A stretch of DNA of 64,000 bases from Nanobdellota archaeon (lineage in GTDB: Archaea > Nanobdellota > Nanobdellia > Pacearchaeales > GW2011-AR1), in assembly GCA_038045705.1 (NCBI GenBank), contig JBBSXO010000006.1, positions 1 through 64,000 on the forward strand. Reading direction: 5' to 3'. This document shows positions 10,501-19,666 of the stretch, piece after piece. Numbering within the stretch: position 1 is the first letter of the stretch; each line of letters opens with the position of its first letter. The position numbers were made by a program, and so were the translations under genes. The notes below the pieces were generated by a model that saw nothing but the letters and a program-made list of their open reading frames with translations, was not told the origin of the DNA and searched no databases.

Positions 10501-11526
10501 GATCTAATGCCGGAGATGGTGAGGGAGCGAGGTGCCTACCTCGGAGCAACTGAGAGCATTCCCGTCGGCACAGTTTACGTCAGGAGCGGGCAGCCAACAA
10601 AGGGGATCCAGATAGCCAACCTTGGCGTGAGGGACAACACGTCGCATTGCCTCGTCTGCACCACAATGGGGGCTGTGTTGGCATCAGCCGCGTTTGTCAA
10701 GGTAGGTTTGAGGCTCGTCCGCAAGATGACGGGCTTAAGTGCTGACATTGTAGATGGCCTTTGCGCAATCTGCGTAGCGCTGCCCCCTGCGCATAGGAAT
10801 ACGGCCAAGAAGGTGCTTGCAGAAAGCTATTCACTCGCTTGCCGGATTGAAACCGAATACCAGTACGCGCGTGACGCAGCCTTCGTGCACGTGGGGGTCG
10901 CTGCCATCGCCATGGGCAAAACAGATCTCGTCGAACAGATTGTGGGGCGCATAGTCGACCAGCATGACAGGAAAAAAGTGATGATACAGCAGGCCTTGGC
11001 AAAGGCCTCGGAAAGCGAGATTGTACGTCTGGTTTCCGAGGTAGCAGACATGCTGAAGGGAGCGCAGGTCGGCAGCAAGGGCTGGGCAACTGCTCTCGAC
11101 ATTTCTCTCTGGCTTGCCCAAGCAGGACGCGCGGATGATGCCATGCGTGTGCTCAGACCGGTCTCGTCCAGCTCAGCACCGGCTGCGCATCTGGAGCCGC
11201 TCATCGTTGAGTTGGCCAAGTCAGCCAGCCACGGACAGCTGGCCGAGTTGGCGAGAAAGTTTTCTCTGGAAGACGCTTGTCGTATGGCGCAGGCCATACT
11301 CAAAGTAGGGGAGGAGCTGGCAAGCAGTAGCACGCGCAAGATCGTCGAGAACATCGAGTTCTGGGGGCCAGACCAAGTAATGGCCGCGGTTTCCCAGTGG
11401 GCTCCGATGTACGATAACATCGCGGGTGGCGTAGCGGTCAAGGCCGTCAGACGCGCGGCCAAGATAGTGGGCGCAATCCATCCTGGTTGGCAGGAGGTCA
11501 GCGCGGTGATAGAAGATATCGCATGA
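7522..11526 (+). CDS. NLR-like STAND NTPase: DUF4062 + NB-ARC (Apaf-1-like) + TPR-like repeats
   Basis: DUF4062 'IYLSSTFEDL...YGF...SITELEYREA'; Walker A GMGGIGKT; Walker B LLVIDD; 'LTTR'; 'RLPLA'; MHD-like 'LHDLLRD'; 'DGYLFDHLAYHL'; helical repeats at C-terminus. Confidence 0.9.
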   Translation: MTSIYLSSTFEDLRQFRDAVYRILRRLRYDVCAMEDYVASEQRPIDVCLKDVASCDVYVGIFAQCYGFIPKTSNPEWLSITELEYREAGEKGKPRLVFLLREGLDWPRLHSDVLTGKHERGERIAKLRRTLEQKHTVSYFSSADDLSALVCAALVTWEKSSHEFGRRDFYRHVALPPNLVPRKALLRDLRLAILTGSTPLALISGASATATALHGMGGIGKTVIARALCDDVVVQRAFPDGILWATLGKDATETDVFSHMTDWLSTLAGSGRAEHRSLSALKNSLGQLLSSRSCLLVIDDAWRHSLVDHFRIGGPRCRLMLTTRNAEVAAESGADVHAIPLMTQDEALALLSSWAGRLTDGPGDIGKEIVDRIARLPLATKLAGVQLRREEPRAWLRQLNVAMLKTNRPETIHDSLELTFRASIDDLPDEERLAYSVLVIFKEDQMTSEHVVARLWRAMCGLEASESAKLLDKLASLALLDLVGKNPRRVALHDLLRDFLREDLREQGAAAAHDALLNSYCVARSATDWIALPNDGYLFDHLAYHLLSVGRREELYELLTGSWEWAARKSTVLGGDLSYVADLDRTIEALDGKSDEASILQITGLIAARAAVRHRAEVYSDLDLEILCLLGRTAEAASHATLRSAPLARCVGLATIYDMQVQHDGKGNDSFLQQAIMIATGLAEPAMHSKALCRIIDSLYLAGLDTQREAFYPEALAAAKRVAEPRERSVALQGVARRLIQAGRLSDALAAMDGDIPGSLALAADVVTALAQRGDFDQALLYAQDISSQGDKNVALAAICVAMIAVGQHDRAHELASKIENFEDRVRVTCALAIRHAKADRLSACRTLAQLRQSCCAEEPALARTSSLVEVARALHQIGSEDAESVLKEAEELGKQIEDWLDRQNVFGQIVSLFAQMGNAEKASSLSSWGFGEHDYTGPLVIAKGLVDSGKYDAAMQFIEHLWQPHNKHAAVAYVSKALALSGQLSRARTLFDDLMPEMVRERGAYLGATESIPVGTVYVRSGQPTKGIQIANLGVRDNTSHCLVCTTMGAVLASAAFVKVGLRLVRKMTGLSADIVDGLCAICVALPPAHRNTAKKVLAESYSLACRIETEYQYARDAAFVHVGVAAIAMGKTDLVEQIVGRIVDQHDRKKVMIQQALAKASESEIVRLVSEVADMLKGAQVGSKGWATALDISLWLAQAGRADDAMRVLRPVSSSSAPAAHLEPLIVELAKSASHGQLAELARKFSLEDACRMAQAILKVGEELASSSTRKIVENIEFWGPDQVMAAVSQWAPMYDNIAGGVAVKAVRRAAKIVGAIHPGWQEVSAVIEDIA

Positions 11527-11719
11527 ATAGAGCTTGTACTTGTTCCCGAGTTGTGAACTCTGCTAGACCTCAAACAAGCGTTCGCGGACGACGGTGATAC
11601 CGTATTAACGCGTCCCGAAAACCCGACAGAAGATTGACAGACTGTCATCTTGTGCCGCGCCGCGGCCAGCTCAGGTCCCAGGTTATTCATGTTGTCAGTG
11701 GGCAAGTCAGTGGTGGTGG

Positions 11720-11998
11720 ACCGCGGCGTCCGTACCGCGGCTATGTCTGCGCGCGCTGCGCACGACGTTGGGCACCGAGCTTGCTCGCCAGGGTGTCGCT
11801 CCCCAGTTGGCGCAGAAGATCATGCGACACTCCGACTACCGCATCACGATGGAGCACTACGTGTCTCTCGGCATCGGAGAAGCGGCTGCGGCGATCCAGA
11901 AGCTGCCCGGAACCAAGGGTGGGAACAGCAAGGAGCACTGGCCTCGGATCACCCCAGCAGAAACCCCAGCACACCACAGCAGATTCCCCAGCAGTTAG
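11720..11998 (+). pseudogene. Tyrosine recombinase (integrase) C-terminal remnant
   Basis: 'ALRTTLGTELARQGVAPQLAQKIMRHSDYRITMEHY' retains R, H and catalytic Y; N-terminal part absent. Confidence 0.8.
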
Positions 11999-12162
11999 TG
12001 CGCGGTTCGGTGCCTGACCCGTGCGACGAAGAGCGTTGGCACACCCGGCAGGACTTGAACCTGCAACCCTCAGATCCGAAGTCTGAAGAACCGATCACCA
12101 AGCCGAGGCAGGGTAATGACTTCGGCGCTTCTGCTGAGTGTCCTCAGCAGAAACCCCAGCAC
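11955..12162 (+). repeat. Direct repeats CAGCAGAAACCCCAGCAC (11955-11972, 12145-12162; variant at 11977-11994) flanking a tRNA fragment
   Basis: 18-bp exact match seen; candidate integrase arm-type sites. Confidence 0.7.
12037..12086 (-). other. 3' half of tRNA-Arg(TCG), att-site core
   Basis: Minus strand TCAGA-CTTCGGA-TCTGA-GGGTT-GCAGG-TTCAAGT-CCTGC-CGGGTGTG-CCA: anticodon arm, T arm and CCA; 5' half absent. Confidence 0.85.
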
Positions 12163-12485
12163 CCGCGTCGCGACTCAATGCGGCAGCGTGCCCCAGAATA
12201 CGACCTCCAGTTGATCGTCGAAGAGTGGCCGGCGCTCCCCGACGCGATCAAGGCAGGGATCGTGGCCCTGGTGAAGGCGACGAAAGCGTGATCCGAATTC
12301 CCGTTGACGCGCGTAGAAGACAAGGACTGCTGCAAGCGTTTCTGGTTGCGACTGGCCGAGACGGACGGAATGCTCAACTACGTGCCAACACCTCACAACC
12401 CCGAAGCCGATGGACGTATTACAAGACAGCTGAGACTACGCCAACCCTTCAACTTGGCCTCTCACTGAAGGGTAAGGTCTAAATC

Positions 12486-13442
12486 ATGAACTACACTCTC
12501 AGGTATCCAATCCGATTCGCCCCCGACCAGGAGGTCAGCGACATAGAGCAACGATCGCAGACAGTCGATGGCAGAGAGTTTCGATTCGCACAACAGGGGC
12601 CTTGCCTCGCTATTCTTGTTGAAGGTTTTCCGGACGAACGTGCAGCATTGGAGTATCTTCCGCGGCTCCGATCTGCACTGTGTTGGTCTGCAATAGACCA
12701 TGGATTGGTATATCCTGCTGAGTCTGAGCCTGGTCGGGTTTACTACCCAGAAGACCCAATACTTGCTGCGACCAATATTCGCAAGGGTACCGGATTGGGC
12801 GTCGACCGTGTAGGAGGAATGGCTAGTGGCGATTCCCCTTGCGTCTACCGAACTGGCACGCACATCATATTCTTCAACGCACCGGACGGCAAGTTAATGG
12901 CCGGCAGACCCTTTTCTCGTTTCAAGGAGTCTCTACTTGAGGGGCTAGGACACGCTACTCCTGCCGCATTAGCTGACCAACGGCTTTGCACTGCCCTCGC
13001 GCTCTTCTGTGCACGCCTACATGAACACTCTCCAAACGCTCGCTTTCTTGCGCTGATGATGGCACTCGAAGTTCTGACAGAGCAAGCGCGCAAAGCACCG
13101 ATTGCCCTCGATATGCTTAAGCGTTGGGATGCCGAGCTTCGACAACTCCTTGAGTGCGCAAATACTGAGGAGGACCGAGAAGCGCTGCTCTCTCTTCAGC
13201 GCGAAGTAGTTTTCCGAAAAGAAGCATCGATCCGCTCTCGAGTGAACGCATTAGTTGCCAAAGCGTTCCAGCAACCTCGTAGTGGAAAGGACGTACAGCG
13301 TGCTGTCGAGATCTATGATCTTCGCGGAGCACTGCTCCACGATGGAAGAGTTGATGCTGATACCCTTACCAAGGCAAGTGCCGATGCGGAGAGACTTGTC
13401 GCCGTGCTTCTCAAACATAGGTTGCGCGCGCATGGTTCATGA
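12486..13442 (+). CDS. ApeA-like/HEPN domain protein (putative RNase defence effector)
   Basis: 'FLALMMALEVL' helix and C-terminal 'YDLRGALLHDG' (RxxxxH). Confidence 0.7.
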   Translation: MNYTLRYPIRFAPDQEVSDIEQRSQTVDGREFRFAQQGPCLAILVEGFPDERAALEYLPRLRSALCWSAIDHGLVYPAESEPGRVYYPEDPILAATNIRKGTGLGVDRVGGMASGDSPCVYRTGTHIIFFNAPDGKLMAGRPFSRFKESLLEGLGHATPAALADQRLCTALALFCARLHEHSPNARFLALMMALEVLTEQARKAPIALDMLKRWDAELRQLLECANTEEDREALLSLQREVVFRKEASIRSRVNALVAKAFQQPRSGKDVQRAVEIYDLRGALLHDGRVDADTLTKASADAERLVAVLLKHRLRAHGS

Positions 13443-13575
13443 ACTTGTTCCTTTGCACTACCGTCGGCGTGACAAACGCGTCTACGTGGCGCGTTCGGTG
13501 ATGAGAAACGATAAGAAGCACGGTCCACTGTGTTCAGGTCTAGTAGGGTCGTTCTTGAGGACGATACCAATTCCT

Positions 13576-13869
13576 CTACGACGCCACATCACGATCGTCC
13601 CCATGACCCGAATTGGAATCGCCTCTACGAATCTCTCGTTGGTAGCCCTCTGGATCGTGATCGCGCATCCATAGCAACCGGAATACCTGGCTCACTGCAT
13701 TCTTCATGATCTTCTTCATGTTTGCGTCTGTGACGCGGCTATACCCCTCCTCATTTGCGCACGTCGGGCATGTCATGCCTGCTTGCAGATCCTTAATAGG
13801 TCCGTTCCTAAATGCAAGAGCCACGATCGCCTTTGCTTCGCGCACCAACTCCTTGTCAAACTCTACCAT
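13576..13869 (-). CDS. Hypothetical protein with CxxC
   Basis: 97 aa; 'AFRNGPIKDLQAG..CPTC'. Confidence 0.55.
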   Translation of the reverse strand: MVEFDKELVREAKAIVALAFRNGPIKDLQAGMTCPTCANEEGYSRVTDANMKKIMKNAVSQVFRLLWMRDHDPEGYQREIRRGDSNSGHGDDRDVAS

Positions 13870-14071
13870 GCTGCTGGTCAGAGCCCGCGCCTTATAGGCA
13901 TTCTGCTATTCCAAGTAGGATATTACGACGCATGCGATCAAATGTAGATGCCCAATCGTACAGTTTCAATCACCACAAAGCATAAATAGTAGAATAGCGC
14001 CGAGAACTAATAGCATTCAAGAGCCTTGCGCTGAAGTAGTCCAGCAGACAGGACTGCTATTGTCGTCGGTG

Positions 14072-14084
14072 GAGCTACCCCCGC
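14072..14084 (-). other. Possible 5' stub of a tRNA gene cut at the compositional junction
   Basis: Minus strand GCGGGGGTAGCTC resembles a tRNA 5' end; TTTAAA lies 25-30 nt upstream (14109-14114); only 13 nt. Confidence 0.4.
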
Positions 14085-14129
14085 TTAAAATTAGATAATT
14101 AAAATCACTTTAAAATGTTTCTGTATGAA

Positions 14130-14558
14130 TTAATTCCACACAACTGCAAGGAATCCAGCAAGTTTCAAATTAACCAACCAGTAAAGTCCATTAAGTGCAA
14201 ATAATCCCCAAGACTTTCCTTCCCACAATACACTTCCTAAAAGAGTAGTACATGCAAAAAATGCTAACCATATCCAAAAACCAATAACTGCTCCTTGAAC
14301 AGGAATTGTAATTCCAAGAAGAGAAATCAACCCAGTAAGGACATAAACCATGACAAAAGTACCTATAAAGTTAAGAACCATCTGCTTCCACATTCCAGAC
14401 ATTCCTTTCTTCTTAGCCTTCGCAACTTCTAAAGCAGGAATCTTAGATAATTTTATCCAAAGCTTTCCAAACAAAGGACCATACCATAAAAATCCTATGA
14501 CAAAGAGAATAACTGTAATTAGCAATGTAGAATTCAGATTAACAATCCCATCAAACAT
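14130..14558 (-). CDS. DUF1761-like membrane protein
   Basis: 'GFLWYGPLFGKLW' and about 4 TM segments. Confidence 0.75.
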   Translation of the reverse strand: MFDGIVNLNSTLLITVILFVIGFLWYGPLFGKLWIKLSKIPALEVAKAKKKGMSGMWKQMVLNFIGTFVMVYVLTGLISLLGITIPVQGAVIGFWIWLAFFACTTLLGSVLWEGKSWGLFALNGLYWLVNLKLAGFLAVVWN

Positions 14559-14696
14559 ATACTGTAAAGATTATTTTGGTTTATATACTTATCCATTATT
14601 ACATGTGTAAATGGAAAATAACTCTTAGATTTATGGAATTATTTTTCTAACTAAAGATAACCTTAGGTATATAAATAACTATTTTCTAAAAACTAG

Positions 14697-15134
14697 ATGC
14701 AATCAAAGAAATTAGTAAAAATAATTTTAGTTTTAGGATTTATTATAAATTTAATAATTCTTGCACAACTCTCAATTTCATCTGCTAATTTAAGTGAATG
14801 TAAACATATTGCTCCCAATGTAACTGTTTATCCTCCTAGTCAGTTAGGTCAACCAGGAGAGATTCTATCTTATTCAGTAAATCTAACCAACAAGAATTCA
14901 TCTCCTTGTCAGACAGCCAACTTTTATATAACAGATGTTAACCCTGGAACTACATGGGTTTCAACGATTCCAACTCAGCCATTTAGTCTTTGTAATGGAT
15001 GTAATGTTATATTTGAATATGAATTACAAAGCCCATCAAATGTTCAGCCAGGAAATTATCCATCATACATAATAGCTTATGAATCAAGTCAACAATCTAA
15101 TGCAGGAGTCGGCACTGCAACATATTTAGTTTAA
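14697..15134 (+). CDS. Secreted/anchored Ig-like (NEW3-like) protein
   Basis: N-terminal hydrophobic signal; 'GQPGEILSYSVNLTNKN', 'SPSNVQPGNY'. Confidence 0.55.
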   Translation: MQSKKLVKIILVLGFIINLIILAQLSISSANLSECKHIAPNVTVYPPSQLGQPGEILSYSVNLTNKNSSPCQTANFYITDVNPGTTWVSTIPTQPFSLCNGCNVIFEYELQSPSNVQPGNYPSYIIAYESSQQSNAGVGTATYLV

Positions 15135-15149
15135 ATTAGTCATCTGAAT

Positions 15150-15527
15150 TTAATTTCTAATAAAATGTTTACAGTTCTTACAGATCCCACTGATTTCTAT
15201 TTGCACATGACATAAATCTTCATTAATAAATTTTTTAAGAAAATCTACCTTATCAAGCTCTATATGCTTACTTTCTCCACAGATTTCACAAACAAAATGC
15301 GAATGTGACATTCCTTTCTTCGAATAAAGTTTTTTTCTATCACAAGTAAATGCATGAATTGTTCTTTCTTTTCTAAGTTCATTCAAAAATCTATAAACAG
15401 TAGCAATTCCAATAGGTAAATTATCTTTCTTCAGTTTTTTGTAAATATCTTCAGCAGTAAAGAAAGTATTTATTTTTGCAATGAGTATCTCAATTGCTTT
15501 TTTCTGTCTTGTTTCTCGTTTTTCCAT
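15150..15527 (-). CDS. Fur/Zur-family metalloregulator
   Basis: 'IGIATVYRFL', 'HSHFVCEICG', 'GICKNC'; ATG at 15527. Confidence 0.9.
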   Translation of the reverse strand: MEKRETRQKKAIEILIAKINTFFTAEDIYKKLKKDNLPIGIATVYRFLNELRKERTIHAFTCDRKKLYSKKGMSHSHFVCEICGESKHIELDKVDFLKKFINEDLCHVQIEISGICKNCKHFIRN

Positions 15528-15552
15528 CTTATTGATAATCACAATCAATAAG
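15528..15552. promoter_or_regulatory. Fur/Zur-box-like palindrome CTTATTGAT-AATCACA-ATCAATAAG
   Basis: 9-7-9 inverted repeat between divergent Fur-family and ZIP genes, next to a TTTAAATA TATA box. Confidence 0.65.
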
Positions 15553-15582
15553 CTTTAAATACATTCTTAACAAAATAATCTA

Positions 15583-16332
15583 ATGAATGAAGCAATTCTA
15601 TATACAATAATAAGTGTTCTAGTTGTAAGTGTGATTTCTCTAATAGGGGTCTTAACTTTATCTATAAAAATTAAAAGACTCCATAAGATTTTATTATACT
15701 TGGTAAGTTTTGCGGCAGGAGCGCTTTTAGGAGACGTATTTTTACATTTAATTCCGGAATTAATAGAAGAAAATAATTTCACATTAACTACATCTCTCTT
15801 TACCTTAGGCGGAATATTGTTATTTTTTATAATCGAAAAAATAGTTCACTGGCAACATTGTCATATACCACAAAACGGAGGACATAGCCATCCATTTGCA
15901 ATAACTAATCTAGTAGGAGACGGCGTTCACAATTTCATAGATGGTTTAATAATAGGTGCAAGTTATCTAGCAAGCATACCAGTAGGAATAGCAACAACAA
16001 TAGCAGTAATATTCCATGAAATCCCTCAAGAAATAGGCGATTTTGGAGTTTTGTTACACGCAGGATTCTCAAAGAAAAAAGCATTACTTTTCAATTTTTT
16101 CTCAGCCATAGCTGCAATAATTGGAGGATTAGTAGCAGTTCTGGCATCAGGAATTGCTCCTTCAATAGCAAACTATCTAATTCCAATAGCCATTGGAGGT
16201 TTTATCTATATAGCTGGTTCAGATCTTATTCCTGAATTACACAAGAATTTCGAAACAAAAAAATCAATAATTCAAATAATTGCATTCATTGCAGGAATTG
16301 CAGTTATGGCATCACTCCTTTTGTTTGAATAA
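15583..16332 (+). CDS. ZIP-family zinc transporter
   Basis: 'HNFIDG', 'HEIPQEIGDF', His-rich loop. Confidence 0.92.
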   Translation: MNEAILYTIISVLVVSVISLIGVLTLSIKIKRLHKILLYLVSFAAGALLGDVFLHLIPELIEENNFTLTTSLFTLGGILLFFIIEKIVHWQHCHIPQNGGHSHPFAITNLVGDGVHNFIDGLIIGASYLASIPVGIATTIAVIFHEIPQEIGDFGVLLHAGFSKKKALLFNFFSAIAAIIGGLVAVLASGIAPSIANYLIPIAIGGFIYIAGSDLIPELHKNFETKKSIIQIIAFIAGIAVMASLLLFE

Positions 16333-16335
16333 TTT

Positions 16336-16548
16336 TTAACCAAAACGAGATAAAGTTCTTAGACCACGAGAAACCTGAGATACAAGTTTGACTTCTTCTC
16401 TATGGTCATTTCTTTCATATCGCGGAGTAGGCTCAAGTTCATATGAAACTCTTCTTCTAACATCTACTGGAAGAGAAAGCCTACCTTCAGGGCTAATTGT
16501 CAAACTATTTGAATCAAAATTGAAATAAACTATACTCACTTTGCTCAT
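16336..16548 (-). CDS. Hypothetical protein
   Basis: 70-aa ORF with TATA-like element upstream. Confidence 0.45.
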   Translation of the reverse strand: MSKVSIVYFNFDSNSLTISPEGRLSLPVDVRRRVSYELEPTPRYERNDHREEVKLVSQVSRGLRTLSRFG

Positions 16549-16629
16549 AAAATTAACCTAAATTAGTATAATATAAATGTTCGTATTATAAAAGCAAAAC
16601 ATTATAACTCTTAAAAGTCTAATATTTAC

Positions 16630-17253
16630 ATGAATGAGCTGATCGAAAAAGTGAGGCAGCTTGAAAAATCAGAAATAAATGATGTTATTAACAACCGCTT
16701 AGCAGAATTTGGATCATTCAAATCAAAGTCAGGGGATGAATGGTTTTCAGAATTATGTTTTTGTATTTTAACTGCAAATGCAAAACAAAAGACAGGAGAA
16801 ATAATTCAAAATCAAATACACTCTGAAGGTTTTAAAACTATTTCAGAGGAAACTCTCGCAAATCTAATAAAATTAAATAAACATAGATTTCATAACAATA
16901 AGGCAAAGTATATAGTAATGGCTAGAGAGTTTGCAAATATAAAAACAATAATAAAAGATAAAACTGAATTAGAAGCTCGAGATTTCTTAGTGGAAAATGT
17001 AAAAGGTATCGGGATGAAAGAAGCGTCTCACTTTTTGAGAAATACAGGTGGGCAAAACCTCGCAATACTAGATAGACATATTCTATCTTTATTAGCAGAA
17101 CATAAAATAATAGATCGTCCAAAAACTCTAACATCTCAATTATACAAAGAAATAGAACAAAAATTCACAGAATTAGCTAGTACATTAAGAATGTCATTAG
17201 CAAAATTAGATTTGTTTCTTTGGTATATTAAAACAGGCGAAGTTCTTAAATGA
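16630..17253 (+). CDS. ogg: 8-oxoguanine N-glycosylase/DNA lyase (archaeal type)
   Basis: 'ELCFCILTAN', 'VKGIGMKEASHFLRN', 'ILDRHI'. Confidence 0.9.
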   Translation: MNELIEKVRQLEKSEINDVINNRLAEFGSFKSKSGDEWFSELCFCILTANAKQKTGEIIQNQIHSEGFKTISEETLANLIKLNKHRFHNNKAKYIVMAREFANIKTIIKDKTELEARDFLVENVKGIGMKEASHFLRNTGGQNLAILDRHILSLLAEHKIIDRPKTLTSQLYKEIEQKFTELASTLRMSLAKLDLFLWYIKTGEVLK

Positions 17254-17355
17254 TCAATCACCTAATCAATTGCATATATTGAATATGGTATCTCCTAGTC
17301 TTACAGCAAGCTTGGCATTTGCAAAGCATATAACTAAAGCATATCTTAATAAAAA

Positions 17356-17664
17356 ATGAATTTTAGCAATCGTTGTTATGAACTTCTAAAAACAATTCCA
17401 AGAGGAAAAGTCACAACTTACAAAGATATTGCGCTCAAGTTAGGTACAAAAGCATATCGTGCTGTTGGAAATGCAATGAATAAAAATCCTCACGATACAA
17501 ATGTCTATCCATGCCACAGAGTAATAAGCTCATCTGGCGAAGTAGGAGGATACGCTCATGGAATAGAAGCTAAAATAAAGCGTCTAAAATCAGAAGGAAT
17601 AGAAATTATGAATAACAGAATAGATTTAGAAAAGTTTAGGTTTACTTTCCCAACCAAAAGTTAA
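17356..17664 (+). CDS. ogt: Methylated-DNA-protein-cysteine methyltransferase
   Basis: 'RAVGNAM..N' and 'PCHRV' active site. Confidence 0.9.
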   Translation: MNFSNRCYELLKTIPRGKVTTYKDIALKLGTKAYRAVGNAMNKNPHDTNVYPCHRVISSSGEVGGYAHGIEAKIKRLKSEGIEIMNNRIDLEKFRFTFPTKS

Positions 17665-17946
17665 AGTATCAAAATTAAATCTTTATAGACTCTCAATCTA
17701 TTTTCCTTCATTAAGATATTCTGATGAAGATTCATATTTAGAGCCCTTCTCAATATAAGAAGTTTCAGCACTTGGATCACTACTTTTTATATTAAGTCGT
17801 GAAGGTTTATCAAGAACATCACAAGTAGTTAAAGATAAAATACCTAACAAAGAAGCAAGAGTAAAAGAAACACGTTCATTATCTGACAAAGCAATAACCC
17901 TAGAATGACGAGTCATAGGTTATAGAGATATACTTAATTTATAAAT

Positions 17947-19101
17947 TTACTTCTTTCTCAAGAATTCCTCAATTCTGTTCAGAGCTTGCTCTATCTTAGG
18001 ATATTCAGTTGCAAAACTGCATCTTATATGTCCTTCCCCAAAAGGACCAAACTCAGTTCCTGGAATTACAGCAACTTTAGCTTCATTCATCAACTTATGT
18101 GAAAATAAAGACGAGTTTTTAGAATATTTAGAGATATTTGAGAAAGTATAGAAAGCTCCTTTCGGTGTAAGAGTAGGCATACCAATATCATTCAATCTTG
18201 GAACGATCAAATCTCGTCTTTTCTTATATTCTTTAACCATCGAATTAACATATTTTTTATCTAAACTCAATGCTTTAACACCCATCATTTGAGAAATTGT
18301 AGGTGCACCTAATGTAATATAATGATTGTCTTTATTCATTTCAGCAATAAATTTTTTAGGACCTGTGCAATATCCTAATCTAAAACCACACATAGCATAA
18401 CTCTTAGAAAAAGTGTGGAATGTTAGTACATTATCCTGCATACCATTTAAGCTACCTATTGAAATATGTTTGGCCCCATCATATAAAATATGTTCATAAG
18501 CCTCATCAGAAAATACAAGCAAGTTATAGTCAATTGCAACATCAGCAATCTCTTCCATTATTTTTCTAGACATTACATTACCTGTTGGATTTCCAGGACT
18601 GTTTAATATAATTACTTTAGACTTATTTCTATCAATATATCTCTTCAAAACATCAACATTAAGTTCGAAATCGTTTTCAGCAGATAATGGTACAAAAACA
18701 GGGGTTGCACTCACAAGGTCAATCGCTGGAACATATCCAGCATATCCAGGACTAGGAACTAAAACATGATCTGTAGGATCAACAGCAGTAAGCAAAGCTG
18801 AAAATATTGCTTCTTGGCTTCCACAAGTTACAATAACATTTTCAACTTCAGCATGAATATTATTTTCTTTATGCAACTTTTTTACAATCGCCTCTCGCAA
18901 AGGCATAATCCCTTGAGGTTCAGAATAATGAGTAGCTTTTCCAATAATCTTCTTACCATAATCAAGAAGAGGTTTAGGAGTCAAAAAGTCAGGCTCTCCA
19001 GGCCCAAGAGAAATAATTCTTTTATCCTGGGCTATCCTTCTAGATATCTCAGGAAATTCAACATGGGGTAATTGCAAATCTCTTTCAGATATGTGTACCA
19101 T
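17947..19101 (-). CDS. Class I/II PLP-dependent aminotransferase
   Basis: 'GEPDF', 'NSPGNPTG', 'SDEAY', 'FSKSYAMCGFRLG'. Confidence 0.92.
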   Translation of the reverse strand: MVHISERDLQLPHVEFPEISRRIAQDKRIISLGPGEPDFLTPKPLLDYGKKIIGKATHYSEPQGIMPLREAIVKKLHKENNIHAEVENVIVTCGSQEAIFSALLTAVDPTDHVLVPSPGYAGYVPAIDLVSATPVFVPLSAENDFELNVDVLKRYIDRNKSKVIILNSPGNPTGNVMSRKIMEEIADVAIDYNLLVFSDEAYEHILYDGAKHISIGSLNGMQDNVLTFHTFSKSYAMCGFRLGYCTGPKKFIAEMNKDNHYITLGAPTISQMMGVKALSLDKKYVNSMVKEYKKRRDLIVPRLNDIGMPTLTPKGAFYTFSNISKYSKNSSLFSHKLMNEAKVAVIPGTEFGPFGEGHIRCSFATEYPKIEQALNRIEEFLRKK

Positions 19102-19186
19102 TTAAACTTTCACCATCTTTTTCAATCATAACAAGTTAATTTTGTTTTATATAGTTTAGTAAAAATAAATATCAAGAACTATCAGT

Positions 19187-19666
19187 TTAGATATCTCCAT
19201 ATTTATCTCTAAGCTGTTTATCTTGATCTTCAGATATCAATTTTTGTTGCAATCTTAAGCATTCTACTGCAGTTCCAAGTACCAAATATTCATCTTCTTC
19301 GTTTTGTGTAGCACCAATTAACCATTTATTTGGATCCAATGCATCTTCAGATTCAACATAATTTTTAGGATTAGCAGCATCCATTACTTGTTTTAATAAT
19401 CCTCGGTTTGTTGAGCGTCTTCTTGCTTTTTTAGTGTATGGCTCAAGAATGTCATCTAAAGCTATTAGAAAATATCTTCTTTTTAGAACAGGTACAGCTC
19501 CTGGTTCTACATAATCAGGTAAATGATGTGCTTCCAAACTATTGTCCGCATCCTGGACTGCATCATCGAAATCTTCACGGTGTTCTACAAAAATACGATT
19601 TAGTCCAAGTTTATCAACTAATCCTTGATAAGGGAAGTCTCTCTCTCTCGAATCAGACTCTTCCAT
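19187..19666 (-). CDS. Hypothetical protein
   Basis: 159-aa ORF with TATA upstream. Confidence 0.6.
   Translation of the reverse strand: MEESDSRERDFPYQGLVDKLGLNRIFVEHREDFDDAVQDADNSLEAHHLPDYVEPGAVPVLKRRYFLIALDDILEPYTKKARRRSTNRGLLKQVMDAANPKNYVESEDALDPNKWLIGATQNEEDEYLVLGTAVECLRLQQKLISEDQDKQLRDKYGDI

Noticed and set aside
203-13900. Many overlapping shadow ORFs (e.g. 8160-8792, 10827-11705, 6387-7397 as one gene)
   Set aside because: Antisense or alternate-frame products of GC-rich genes; 6387-7397 fuses the IS antisense frame to the methylase tail.
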